Assembly: GCF_006345805.1 (NCBI RefSeq)
Contig: NC_043006.1
Span: 17,236,001 to 17,300,000, forward strand
Origin: Octopus sinensis
Taxonomy: Eukaryota
DNA: 64,000 nt
Direction of reading: 5' to 3'
Shown: positions 39,815-52,910 of the stretch, one piece after another
Layout: the number at the start of each line of letters is the position of its first letter
Position numbering within the stretch: position 1 is the stretch's first letter
The notes under the pieces: generated by a model
Database searches by the model: none
Told to the model about the DNA's origin: nothing
Seen by the model: the letters and a program-made list of their open reading frames with translations, nothing else
Translations under genes and position numbers: made by a program

Positions 39815-40182
39815 ATATATTTTTTAATTATTATAAATCTCCCACTAAAGAGGTAGCCGGTTTCCAACAAATATATACGGCTCCACCTTTGGGATGTAAT
39901 TAACACAGACAAATTCACATTTGGAACTTGAGAAAAGTCTTGCATATTTTCACTGTTCCACTCACAGACTGGACTTGTAATGTACGAATCAGCTGGTCAA
40001 TTTCTCTTTCTGAAAATCCCAGTTTATCCAGATTCTCCTTTAAGCATTTATTAACAAAACCTAGTGCTCCAATTATTAATGGTATGAATATGAATTCATA
40101 GTCTGGATATAGAAACTGGAGGTTTCGAAGCAGTTGTTCATAGATATCCTCTTTTTCTTTGTTTTCCCAAAGAGATATTTGT
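39815..40182 (-). mobile_element. 3' end of an R4/Dong-like non-LTR retrotransposon (restriction-like endonuclease tail)
   Basis: EKEDIYEQLLRNLQFLYP...FIPLIIGALG...VSGTVKICKTFL*; embedded in (TATG)n. Confidence 0.7.
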
Positions 40183-40247
40183 AAGTATGTATGTGTATGT
40201 ATATATGTCTGTCTGTATGTATATATTTGTGCGTGTGTATGTATTAC

Positions 40248-40475
40248 ACTTTTACTTGTTCCAGTCGTGTGACTGTGGCCATGCTGGAGCACTACCTTTA
40301 GTCAAACAAATCGACCAAAGGACTTACTCTTTGTAAGCCTAGTACTTTTTCTATTGGTCTCTCTTGCCGAACGGCTAAGTTACGGGTACGTAAACACACT
40401 AGCATCGGTTGTCAAGCGATGTTGGGGGGACATACACAGACACACAAACATATACACACACATACATACATACAT

Positions 40476-40534
<59 letters not shown>

Positions 40535-40705
40535 TATATACATACACACATATACACGACATGCTTCTTTCAGTTTCCGTCTATCAAATCCACTTTGGTC
40601 GGCCTGAGGCTATAGTAGGACACTTATCCAAGGTGCCACGCAGTGGAACTGAACCCGGAACCATGTGATTCGTAAGCAAGCTACTTACTACACAGCCACT
40701 CTTGC
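40248..40705 (-). mobile_element. SINE family S1
   Basis: Reverse-complement copy; another at 38385-38757. Confidence 0.85.
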
Positions 40706-41014
40706 GTCTACGTGTGTATGTATGTATATATTTGTGTGTGTGTATGTATGTATGTATGTATGTTTGTACGTATACACGTACATGTGTGTGCGTGCGTCTG
40801 CGTGTCCTTGTCTTGACATAACCTTATGATTGTAAACAAGTGCCACCATCATATACGTCACGTAGTTCGTATCCAGTCTTCTACGAAAAATCATGCTTGG
40901 CCATTAGAAAATAATAGGATCATATCCTTCTTCGAAACTATAAAGGAAGGGTTGGCAACAGAAAGGACATCTAGAAAGTTCACTTCAAAGTATTCCATGT
41001 GAGCATGGGAAAGT

Positions 41015-41399
41015 GGAAGCACTCCGTCGGTTACGACGATGAGGGTTCTAGTTGATCCGAATCAACGGAACAGCCTGCTCGTGAAATTAACGTGTAAGTA
41101 GCTGAGCACTCCACAGACACGTGTACCCTTAACGTAGTTCTCGGGGATATTCAGCGTGACACAGAGAGTGACAAGGCCGGCCCCTTGAAATACAGGTACA
41201 ACAGAAACAGGAAGTAAGAGTGAGAGAAAGTTGTGGTGAAAGAGTACAGCAGGGATCACCACCATCCCCTGCCGGAGCCTCGTGGAGCTCTTAGGTGTTT
41301 TCGCTCAATAAGCACTCACTACGCCCGGTCTGGGAATCGAAACCGCGAACCTATGACCGCGAGTCCGCTGCCCTAACCACTGGGCCATTGCGCCTCCAC
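41015..41399 (-). mobile_element. SINE family S3, young copy
   Basis: 12 bp TSD gcatgggaaagt; CpGs largely intact. Confidence 0.9.
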
Positions 41400-42134
41400 G
41401 CATGGGAAAGTAGACTTCAGGAAAATGATGATTGAGACTGACTCCCCTTTGATCTATCCCTCATCTCTAAATCTAGGCTTTACGCACAGACTATTGTTTC
41501 TGCCTTTATTGGATAATCCAAACACGTTAATGGCAACAAACCTCACTTAATGATGGCAGTGTTTTGGATTAGATAAATTATCAAATAAACCTATGGAAAA
41601 CATCGATCATATCATTTTTATGTCGGCAGAAAATATCCAAAGATGCTTTTTTTTTTCATTTTGTTCAATTTTCTAAATTTCTTTCTTGCTCATCAACGTT
41701 TATTTTCATATTTGGAAAATTATGAATTTTCATAAAACTCGCAAGTTTTATTTATTTATTTACTTATTTAATTTAATTTATTATACGATACGCAAAATCA
41801 CAGTCCGAAAGGGGAAACCATAAATATATAGATGTAGGGGAGATAATTCTAAAGCTTATATTATTAATCCATTTAGAGTAGCTTCCCCTCCAATATTTTT
41901 CTGATTTTGTATTCTTTTCTAGTAATGATTGACATGGGTGTATGATGACGGAAACATTTACAGCCTTTTCCCCTCCGCTTAGAAAGACAAAAGAAAAACA
42001 AAAAAGTATAAAAAAACAACAAAAAACAAAGATGAAAAATGTTCTTCATTAACCAGGACTAATTTTTATATATTTTCTTTATTCGAGTTTAAATATAGAA
42101 CTGTACCTGTTATTTAAATACTTCTGTTTTTTGC

Positions 42135-42212
42135 TTACACGCGTGTATTTACCAGAGTTCATACGCGCGCGCTCACACACAAACACACATACTCGCGCGC
42201 CATTTTCTTCCA
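42135..42212. promoter_or_regulatory. CpG-rich patch with YY1-type CGCCATTTT motif; possible promoter-proximal sequence
   Basis: acgcgt, acgcgcgcgc and tcgcgcgccattttc in otherwise CpG-poor unique DNA. Confidence 0.3.
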
Positions 42213-43300
42213 GAATGCACACATTGTCTATATCTTGAGGACAAAACCGAGATGGAGGAAGAGCTGTGATGCTGTAACACTAAACCCAGAACAGTATATC
42301 TCCCTTGCATCCTCTGTGGCTGAAGATATCTTTCTGTCCTGTATTGATCCTGTCATTCATCAGCGAATTTGCAGCCAATCTACAAAGCCTTATTGTTGAA
42401 TTTTCCTTCACGAAGTCATGTAATTTAATTGTGTCTCTTTACATTTTGAGTTAAATCTCTGCCTTGTCATCATTCCAAGGCAGATATAATTAAGTCATTT
42501 GTTAATAACTGTTGTTAATAAGACTCACTTTTCCTTGTCTTAAAATTTATTCCCTTGTTTCTTCTCTACCAATTATTGTTGTCGTCGTCATTATTATCAT
42601 TATTATTATTATTATTATTATTATTAAAAAGCACCATCCGTTCGTGGCCGTTTGCCAGCTCTGTCTGGCACCTGTGCAGGTGGCACGTAAAAAGCACCCA
42701 CTACACTCACAGAGTGGTTGGCGTTAGGAAGGGCATCCAGCCGTAGAAACACTGCCAGATCTGACTGGACCTGATGAAGTCTTCCGGCTTCACAGACCCC
42801 AGTTAAACTGTCCAACCTATGCTAGCATGGAAAACGGACGCTAAATGATGATGATGATGATGATGATTATTATTTGTATATATCTCTTCTGCAGCGTGTT
42901 TAGTGCTAAGTATTTCTCATGCGATATTTTGAGGAATATGTGACCAGAATAGTTAATTTCTATAAAACATTTCTGTGTTTCTTTGTATTTTGTTGAGCAC
43001 AACCATTTGTTTTGGTTTATTTTGCAACTTCTCAGCATAGAATATTTTTTTCTTTTTAATGAAGCAAATGCATATTCCAATTGAATTAGTTTTTTTTTAT
43101 GTATCATCTCAAGTTGTGCCAGACTTTCCCCCTGAGGTCATATAAACACATACAGTGTGTGTCAACATTTGGGTCATATAATATAAATTTTGTTAACAAT
43201 TTTATTGGTTTTGTGTCTAGTAATTTTTTGTTTTGTTGCTCTTGTACGTTCTAGTTCATCACAGTAAAGCTGTAGCTTACTACTAGGCTTGTTTATCACC

Positions 43301-43332
<32 letters not shown>

Positions 43333-43574
43333 TATTATTAAGGTGGCAAGCTGGCAGAATTGTTCGCATGCCGGATGAAATGCTAAGTGGTATTTTGTTT
43401 GCTGCTATGTTCTGAGTTCAAATTTCACCTAGGTCGACTTTCCCTTTCATCCTTTTAGGATCGATAAATCAAACACCATTTGAGTACTGGGGTTGATGTA
43501 ATCAACTTACCCCTCCCCCAAATTTCAGGCCTTGTGCCTATAGTAGAAAGGATTATTATTATTATTATTATCAT

Positions 43575-44103
43575 ATGTTTGACTTTTGCTTTGTATTTGT
43601 ACAAGTTGACTTCAAGTCTCACCCAGAGACAAGTTAAAAGTTCGAGCTGGTGTTATGACTAAGGTGCCATATATTTGGTTTTGCACAAAGTATTGTTCAA
43701 GAGAATGTTTAAGAAAACATATGAAAATAACAAGTTTGTTTTAAGATTTTAGATTACATAAACAGTATTTTATGTAGAATATGGGCAGTTCCCATGAACA
43801 TTATTTTTTGAATTTCTGCCATTTTTGGATTTCCTTTTATTTGAGCTAGGTATCAATCAGCCCCTTTTGCTATTATTCCTAGGGCACCTATGATAACAGT
43901 CTTGAGGTTCCACGTTTTGCTAATTTCTATTTCAAGATCTTTATACTCGCTCAGTTTTTGGTAGGTCTTGATAGATACATCTATGTCATATCGATGAGGA
44001 GGCATAATTTTTGTCTAAAGCCCTTCAATATAATGGCTGGCTTATTCGCATCTATCTTTCTGTCAGTTGGAACGGTGAAGTTCCAGAGATGTGGTCATTT
44101 TCA
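43575..44103 (-). mobile_element. 3' end of an R4/Dong-like non-LTR retrotransposon, decayed
   Basis: WNFTVPTDRKIDANKPAII...CLLIDM...YKDLEIEISKTW...VIIGALG...MGTAHIL; flanked by (TTA)n/(TTC)n, consistent with microsatellite targeting. Confidence 0.8.
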
Positions 44104-44189
44104 TTCTTCTTCTTCTTCTCTTCCTCCTCCTCCTCCTCCTCCGTCTTCTTCTTCTTCTTCTTCTTCTTCTTCTTCTTCTTCTTCTTCTT

Positions 44190-44220
<31 letters not shown>

Positions 44221-45866
44221 TTATTATTATTATTACTATTATTATTATTATTATTATTATTATTCTACTTGAGTCAGGATTCATCTTATTCCTTGTAGAA
44301 TTTAATTAGGTAGTGGGTTACTACCTGTAACCTTTGATACCTGCATATTTTCAGTAAACCACCAAGTGCTCAAAACTCTTCTGATTATCTTCCTTATTTT
44401 GAGTTCAAATTCCGCTGAGGTTAATTTTGCCTTTCATCCTTTCAGTGTCAATGAAATAAGTAGCAGTTACACCATAGGTTTGATGTAATCAATGATCCCT
44501 CTCCCCTAAAATTTCAGGCCTTGTGCCTAAGTAGAAAGGATTATTATTATTATTATTAAGGTGACAAGCTGGTAGAATCATTAGCAAACCCAAAAAATTG
44601 CATGGCAGCATTTTGTGTATCTTTCTGTTCTGAGTTCAAATTCTGCTGAGGTTAACTTTGCCTTTCATCCTTTTGGGCTTGATAAAATAAGTCCCAGACA
44701 AGTGCTGAGGTTGATATAGTTACCTAGACCCCCTCCCCTCAAACTTCAAGCCTTGTGCCTATAGTAGAAAGGATTAAACAGAATTGTCAGCATGCCAGAC
44801 AACATGTTTAGTGGCATTTTGTCTGTCTTAACATTGTGAGTTCAAATGTTCCCAAGGTCAACTTTGCTTTTCATCCTTTTGGGACCAATGAAACAAAAAC
44901 CATCTTAGCACTGGGGTTCAGTTCACTAGCCCCCTTCGCTAAGATTTCAGGCTTTGTGCCTATAGCAGAAAATATTATTATTATAAAATTTCTTGAGTTT
45001 TCAGGTAAAATACTTTGCAGTATTTGTTCCAGTTAAATGTTTTTGTTATAACACTTTCCCCATTGAAACCCCCATGCATTCACTTCTTCCCACAAACATC
45101 ATGATATTACACTTTCTCACTTCCCAGTTTTGTTTGATCTTGCTTTTGTGAAAAACCTTTCTTCTTTGATCCTTTGGTATTCAGATTACTTCATCAAATG
45201 TAATGCTTATTTATTCACATTGTTTTGAATTAATCATGCATTATATATAGCACAGCTTTGAGATTTTGATACCATGATTATTCATTTTTAGAATGACATC
45301 GTAGGATAGATGTGAGAGGCCAAATCTGGCTAGTTTAACCCTTTAATGTTCACATTATTCTGCTAAAATTAATGCTTTTTTATCCACATTGTTTTGAACT
45401 AATCATGCGTTATCTTGTAGCTATGAGATTTTGATGAGGTAGCTGTTAATTTTTAAGATGATATTGTAGGGTTGGTGTGAGAGATCAGATATGGCCAGTT
45501 TGAACATAAAACAAGCAGAGTACTTTTGGCCGGATATGGCCGGTTTAAATGCCAAAGAGTTAAGATGTGGTTACAGATTTGTGTGTTCTTTGAAATCAGT
45601 TGCCGTCCTCACTGTATTTTATGTCCAAGCATTAAAACTACAATAACTAAAACCACAACATCAGTCTCATTCACATCCCTGTATCCTCGCTCTACAAGGA
45701 CTTCAAAACATCTACGTGCACTTATTACTTTCTCTTTTAAAACAAAGCTTTGTTTCAATTAATTTTGAAAATAATGAAGAATTTAGCTAATCAACTTTGT
45801 CGTTATTAAGCTGACATTTAGAACATAAATTAGCACGAAATTTTGATGGTAGGTTTTAATGTAGAT

Positions 45867-46002
45867 CGTGAAGTATATTTGCCACTTAAATATGGCTAAC
45901 CCATAAGGGTGGATGCTACTTAGGGGTTAGCCACATTTAAGTGACAAATATACTTCACGATGTCATGCAGCTACTGTTTATACCTCACTCAGAAATTTAT
46001 CA
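45867..46002 (+). mobile_element. Short insertion with a 5' inverted segment (PLE-type structure)
   Basis: 12 bp TSD tttaatgtagat (45855-45866, 46003-46014); ~38 bp inverted arms at 45865-45902 and 45924-45961, then a 41 nt unpaired tail. Confidence 0.75.
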
Positions 46003-46720
46003 TTTAATGTAGATAATTTTAAGACAAGAAATTTGTATCATAGAACCAAGGATGGTTTCAGGTAAATTGGTCATAGGAAGCTAAACTATTAAAAAATGCA
46101 ATTCTGAAATGTTCGTGACATCTTATTCAATGCTAAGCTACATTAGTCATTCATAAATTTTCAGAAAAATCCTCTAAATGGCTGTTAGATTTCCTGTTTA
46201 GTGTATCTTCTGAAAGCTATTTGAAATTATTGTTGGAAATCTGTAGAATGTAATGTTAAATAATTAGACTCGTTACTTTACAGTATCTGGTATAAACGAA
46301 TTCAAGTGTAGTTAGCACACACATACACATTCATACCCAAATACATTTATATATATGTATATTTATATTTATACACACAAACACACATACATACATTTGT
46401 ATGCATTTATATATATATGTATATATAATATATATATATATATATATACACACATGCACACACACACACATATATATATATAAGTATGTGTGTGTATGTA
46501 TGTATACAAACACACATAAAAGAAACACCCTCCATCCACTCAAGGAGGAAATCATTGTCACTATTATAAAACAATCATCATCATTGTTTTATTATTTATT
46601 TGAAATATTAGTTTCATTTTGGCTAGATTTAATTAATAGCAGTTTTCTAGCCATTCTGAAGCATAAGAATTGCCTTGCAAAAAAAAAAAAAAAGAAAAAG
46701 AAATATCTGTCTGTCAGTGG

Positions 46721-46724
46721 TATG

Positions 46725-46767
<43 letters not shown>

Positions 46768-46985
46768 ATATGTATGTATATATATATATGTATGTATATA
46801 TTATGTATGTATATATATATGTATGTATATATGTATGTATGTATATATATATGTATGTATATATGTATGTATATATATATATATATATGTATGTATATAT
46901 GTATGTATGTATATATTTGTATGTATGTATATATTTATATATGTATGTGTATATATTTATATATGTATATGTATATATTTACACA
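46721..46985. repeat. Compound (TA)n/(TATG)n microsatellite
   Basis: Direct reading. Confidence 0.95.
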
Positions 46986-47515
46986 TACAGAGCTTATTAG
47001 AATTTCAGCCACTCAGCCCTTTTTTTTTTTTTTGGCACTAAATCTTTGGAGGGGAAAAACAGGTTCAGCTTGATCTAGCATCAGCATCGTTTTATTTTTG
47101 TAGGGGGGTCAATCAAATAGGTCCCTATAAATTCAATTAATTACAATTTCCTCTGTTACTAAAAATTCATGAGTGTCTCATCAAAAAAAAAATCAATATA
47201 TCAATTTATTGATTTGTTGGGGGGGGGGGATAGGGGGGAGCAAAAAAAAAAAATCGATTTTCAGGAGGATAACTGAAGTATTGATATCTTTGAATTGCCA
47301 CTTCGAAATTATTTGTTGTGGAATGAGGCACTGACACCGCTTTTTCTGGTTTTGTCTGAACGTATCTGCGCATTTGCTGTGCTGTGTTATGTTGTGTAGT
47401 GCAGGGTGGTGGAAGAGCATCATCAATAGCCTTAAGATAGTGAGAGATAATAATTAAAGAAATTGTAGAAATATTTGGGGTGTGGGAGGGGGGTGGGATG
47501 GGAAGAACAAAAGAA

Positions 47516-47548
<33 letters not shown>

Positions 47549-47729
47549 AATTACAAGAAAAAGGAATTTCGTTATCATAAAAAAATAATCTTAAAACTCT
47601 TGCTGAAGTTTGATTTTTGTGCACACTGGAAGATCAATTATTATGTCTCTGATTACTTTTGTCACCAGAATTCCTGTTTCTTTCGGCAGAATTGCTCAGA
47701 GCAATTTATATTTGTAAAAAAAAAAAAAA

Positions 47730-47967
47730 AATAAATAAATAAATAAAAATAAATAATAATAATAATAATAATAATAATTATAAGTGCAACAACAACAATG
47801 ATAATAACAACTACAATAATAAAAATAATAAAGATAATAATAATAATAATTATAATAATAATAATAATAATAATATCAACAATGATAATAACAACAACTG
47901 CAATAATAATAATAATAATAACAACAACAACTGCAATAATAATAATAATAATAACAACAACAACTGC

Positions 47968-48011
<44 letters not shown>

Positions 48012-48045
48012 CAACAACATCAACAATGATAATAACAACAACTGC

Positions 48046-48082
<37 letters not shown>

Positions 48083-48152
48083 GCAATAACAACAACAATG
48101 ATAATAACAACAACAACAACTACAATAATAATAATGATAATAATAATAATAA
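47730..48152. repeat. Compound AAT/AAC trinucleotide tract with recurring caacaatgataataacaacaactgc units
   Basis: Direct reading. Confidence 0.95.
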
Positions 48153-49228
48153 AGGTGGTGGTGTGGAAGGACTGTTTATTTGTTGAACTGCAATTAATTT
48201 TTTTTAATCCTTTCAAACTTCAATTTCAACAGCAAATAATCATTTAAATAATTGTTTCTAAGGTCAGAAATTTTGATGTGAAGAAAGGGTTAGTTGTTAC
48301 CATAGAACCCAGTACTTGATGAGGTCTGAAATTTTTGATGGTTAGAAGGGGTTGTTGATACCATTGACACCCCAATATGTGATGGGTACTTCATTTTATT
48401 GTCCCTTACAGAATTAAAAAGCAAAGTTGATCTCTGCAATATTTGAATTCAGAATATAAAAAACCAGAGCAAATGCTGCTTGGCATTTTTGCCAAAGCTC
48501 CAATGATTCTGAAGGCACGTGGCTTAGACTCGTGATCATGAGATTGAAGTTTCAATTACTGGACTGGGTGATGCATTGTGTTTTTGAGCAAAGCATTTCA
48601 TTTCATGTTGCTCCAGCTCACCCAGCTGGGAAAAGAGGATTCCTGCAACAGACTGGTGCCTCATCTAGGGGTAAGTATATACACCTGAGAATCCAAGAAA
48701 ATGGCCCTATTTGATTTGGGAAAGAACTTCTTTTTCTTATCCTAATGATTCTGCCAGCTTACCAACTTAGATTATTTCAATAATAAAATTAAAATAAATT
48801 CAAAACTGAAAGTAGGTTTTAACTGAGTTACACAGTATTAATTGCTGTTGTTTTTGGTAAGGCAATGATCTGACAGAACCAGTGTATCGGGCTAAATGCT
48901 AAGTGATATTCCTTCCAACTCTTTACATGCTGAACTCAAATCCTGCAAAGGTCAACTTTGCCTTTCATTCTTTCTGGATCAATAAAATAAAGTTCCATTC
49001 ATGTACTTGAGATTCTGAAATCGACTAACCCCCAGCACCGAAAACCACTGATCTTGTACCAAAATTTTAATCAATATTTGCTGTTTGTGAAAGAATACTT
49101 TAAACTCATTGGTATAGGGATGGTTGTGTGTGTGTGTATGGATGTGTGGGTGTGTTGTTAAGAAATTTATTTCATAACTGTGTGGTGTCAGGTCCAATCC
49201 CATGGTAATTTTAAATAAGTATCTTCTG

Positions 49229-49386
49229 TACATTATTTACATTTGATGGATATTTGTCCTCATCTTGTTTGTTATTAACACAACATTTCAGCTGATATAC
49301 CCTCCAGCCTTCATCAGGTGTCTTGGGGAAATTTCGAACCTGGGTTCTCATCCCTAAGGTATTTTTCGATGTTGTTGTTGTTGTTG

Positions 49387-49435
<49 letters not shown>

Positions 49436-49797
49436 GGTCACTGCCTGGAATCAAACTCGGAATCTTGAGGTTAGTAGCCTGTGCTCTTAACCACTGCACC
49501 ATGGGCTTATGGCGTAGCTAAGAGTGTGGGTTACTAACCCCAAGATTCTGAGTTCGATTCCAGGCAATGACCTGAATAATAATAATAATAATAATATAAT
49601 AATAATAATAATAACATCGAAAAATACCTTAAGAATGAGAACCCAGGGTTGAAATTTCCCCAAAACACCTGATGAAGGCTGGAGGGTATATCAGCCGAAA
49701 CGTTGTGTTAACGACAAACAAGATAGGAACAAATATCTGTCAAATGTAAATAATGTAAATAAAATACATAATTCCTCATCTCTTAAATATAGAACTG
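49229..49797 (+). mobile_element. Family H-A tRNA-headed hammerhead SINE: inverted copy (49229-49502) head-to-head with a full plus copy (49503-49797)
   Basis: 12 bp TSD aagtatcttctg (49217-49228, 49798-49809); each arm has a tRNA-like head, (AAT)n and a hammerhead-containing tail. Confidence 0.9.
49664..49709 (+). ncRNA. Minimal type I hammerhead ribozyme, canonical core
   Basis: AACAC CTGATGA A GGCTG-gagggtatat-CAGCC GAAA CG TT GTGTT; CpG-decayed twin at 49277-49322 (-). Confidence 0.8.
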
Positions 49798-50144
49798 AAG
49801 TATCTTCTGAGTGAATTTGATAGATGGTAACTGAAAGAAACTTGTTGCATGTTGAGTGTGTGTGTGTGTGTAAAACTATGTAACTTCCCTTAGATTATAA
49901 CTATTTTACAACCTATTTTACAACCTTATTCATTATTAATTTCAGTATGCAAAAAACTATACGTACATATTTGCATTAATATGAATGCTTAGCATTAATA
50001 CAATACAATAGTGTATTCACAAATTAATGCAAATAAAGAAAGGTACTCCATCAGATCACCAGAGCATTATGGTTACAACAACAATTCAACTCTAAATATA
50101 CACACCAAATTCACTCTGTATATATACAATGTATGGAAGGCCAA

Positions 50145-50183
<39 letters not shown>

Positions 50184-50629
50184 GTCCTTGTTTGTTTATC
50201 ATCTCAGTGCCTATTTGATATTCTCTATGTCACTGGCATGGCCATTGGAGTTGTAACATGGAATGTAAGTGCTTTGGAATTTGAATGTGTCAAAACTATG
50301 CTGAGTCTGGTCTCCACGGCCGCTGATAGGATTTCTATGTTCCTTTTCCCATTAACTGTTTCTATGTTTCAATTCAGCTTTCGTATGTGCGTGTGCATGT
50401 GTGAGAGTGAGTTTGTATCTCCTTTGCATTTGCTAGTTTATAAACAGTTTCTTTTTCAAGGTGGTGTTTATTCCTAGTTTTCCTAATAAAATATGTCCAT
50501 GGTATTTATTGTCCGATAAACAAGTGGGAGTTGGCAACAAGAAGAAGAGCATCTGGCCAAAGAAAACTCTGCCTGCCAACATACTATCAGAGCTGACCTG
50601 TGCAAGCATGAAAAAGTAGGCATTAAAAC

Positions 50630-51550
50630 ATTGATGATGATGGTGGTGGTGATGATGATGATGATGATGATAGTGATGGTGATGATGATGATAGTGGTGG
50701 TGGTGATGATGATGATGATGATGGTGGTGGTGATGATGGTCGTCATCGTCATTGTTGTCGTAGTTGTCGTCGTCATCATCATTGTTATGATGATGGGGTG
50801 GTGGTGGTGGTGGTGACCGTCATCGTTGTGATGATGATAGCAGTGGTAGTGATGATGATGATGATGATATTCAGGAAAAGGATTGTATATAATCAATTGT
50901 AGAAACTCGCTAATGTTAAAACAAGAAAAAAAACAAAAAAAAAACAACGTAAAAGTAAAATTTATTACATGCTCCCTTTTCTTCTCTGTAATTGCAGCCA
51001 AGAAGCAATCAATGGCACTATAGAATTATTATTACATTTTAATGGTTCTTAATATTTTAATTTTGCGTTCTGTACAATAAATCACTTCTACTATTTTTCT
51101 AAGCGGAATGGAAGAGTTAAAGAAAGATAAACAAATAGAAAAACAACTTGGTTTCGCTTTCTTAATTTTGTTTAATACAAATTGACGAAGAATTGAAATG
51201 TAGCAATTATAAACACTACCCTTCTCACCTCATTAGTATTAGTATCAATAATACAATAAAAACAGGGGTGGTGGTGGTGGTGGTAGTGGTGGTGGCAGTG
51301 ATGGTGGTGGTAGTAGTGGTGGTGGTGGTGGTGGTGATGTGTAGGTTGTAGTTGTGGTGGTTGTTTGGGTATGGTGAGAGGTGGTGATGGTGTTCTTTGT
51401 GTGGAGGGTACTGGTGATGGTGTCAAGGGTGGTAGTGGTGGTGCGAGTGTTGGTTGTGGAAGCAGCGGTGATGGCAGTGGTATAACAGTGATGGTGGTGA
51501 TAATAATGATGATGATGATGACATTGACAGCCACTATAACGATATGATGA
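50630..51550. repeat. GAT/GGT/GTC trinucleotide low-complexity tracts
   Basis: Tracts at 50630-50870 and 51265-51550. Confidence 0.9.
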
Positions 51551-51626
51551 TTAAAATCGTTGTTTCTTTCTTAGCCATGAGAGCAATGAAGGCACAAACA
51601 TTATATAATTAAACAAAAACGAAAAA

Positions 51627-51859
51627 AGGCGAGCTGGCAGAATCGTTAGCACACCAGGCGAAATGCTTAGCAGTATTTCGCCTGTCGCTACTTTCTGAGT
51701 TCAAATTCCGCCGAGGTCAACTTTGCCTTTCATCCTTTCGGGGTCAATTAAATAAGTACCAGTTACACACTGGGGTCAATGTAATCGGCTTAATCCATTT
51801 GTCTGTCCTTGTTTGTCCTCTCTGTGTTTAGCCCCTTGTGGGTAGTAAAGAAATAGGTA
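51627..51859 (+). mobile_element. SINE family S2
   Basis: Full-length copy; another at 54426-54662. Confidence 0.88.
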
Positions 51860-52316
51860 TCAGGGTGTGTATAAGTCTTGAAAAAAAGTTACAAAAATTG
51901 ATTCCAGGTGAGAATGCGATCGATAAAGCCATGGGTGTGTGCATTTGTACATGCAAGTACATCAGCTGTTGCGATCAATACTAGGCGTGTGCCAGAAAAA
52001 TGCACAGTGTCTCAAATTTAGGTTAAATCAGTATTTCCCAAAGGGGAGGCCTATGGGATGGTTGGACAAGTTGTTTCGAAACTATTTTGTTTAAATGTTT
52101 GACAACTCAGCACCGTCCATTGGACGGGGGGGGGGTCGTTTTGCTCGTGTTGAATAAAATCATAATTAACTGATCCTCGTGTATTTTCTTTTACACCAAA
52201 CCCAGGAACTTTTCAGCACCCCCTTGTATGTTGTACTCAATGTGAACTATGGCCACACGAGGTTTCCAAACAAGATTTTTGTCTACCAAATTTATTCACA
52301 AAGCGTTGACTATATT

Positions 52317-52910
52317 CATCATCATCATCATCGTCGTTTAGCGTCCGTTTTCCATGCTAGCATGGGTTGGACGGTTCTACTGGGGTCTGTGAAGCCAGAA
52401 GGCTTCATCAGGCCCAGTCAAATCTGGCAGTGTTTCTACGGCTGGATGCCCTTCCTAACGCCAACCACTCCGTGAGTGTAGTGGGTGCTTTTTACGTGCC
52501 ACCCGCACAGGTGCCAGACAGAGCTGGCAAACGGCCACGAACGGATGGTGCTTTTTATGTGCCACTGGCACGGGGGCCAGGCGAGGCTGGCAAACGGCCA
52601 CGAACAGATGGTGCTTTTACGTGCCACTGGCACGGGGGCCAGGCGAGGCTGGCAAACGGCCACGAACGGATGGTGCTTTTTATGTGCCACCCGCACTGGT
52701 GCCAGACAGAGCTGGCAAACGGCCACGAACAGATGGTGCTTTTACGTGCCACTGGCACGGGGGCCAGGCGAGGCTGGCAAACGGCCACGAACGGATGGTG
52801 CTTTTTATGTGCCACCGGCACAAGGGCCAGGCGAGGCTGGCAACGGACACGAAACGGGGCGGTGCTGGCAACGGTCGCGAAACGGAAGGTTCTCTTACAT
52901 GCCACAAATG
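52317..52910 (-). mobile_element. Family S4 element with internal 62-63 bp tandem array (52496-~52880)
   Basis: ggcaaacggccacgaac recurs at 52526, 52589, 52651, 52714 and 52776; (cat)n tail at the left end. Confidence 0.9.

Noticed and set aside
46401-48247. Long ORFs of 120-199 aa in the ORF track
   Set aside because: Translations of TA/TATG/AAT microsatellites; the same applies to most YI/CV/HT-rich ORFs in the window
51011-51032. aatggcactatagaatt resembles miR-183/263
   Set aside because: Diverges after the seed region and there is no complementary arm to form a pre-miRNA
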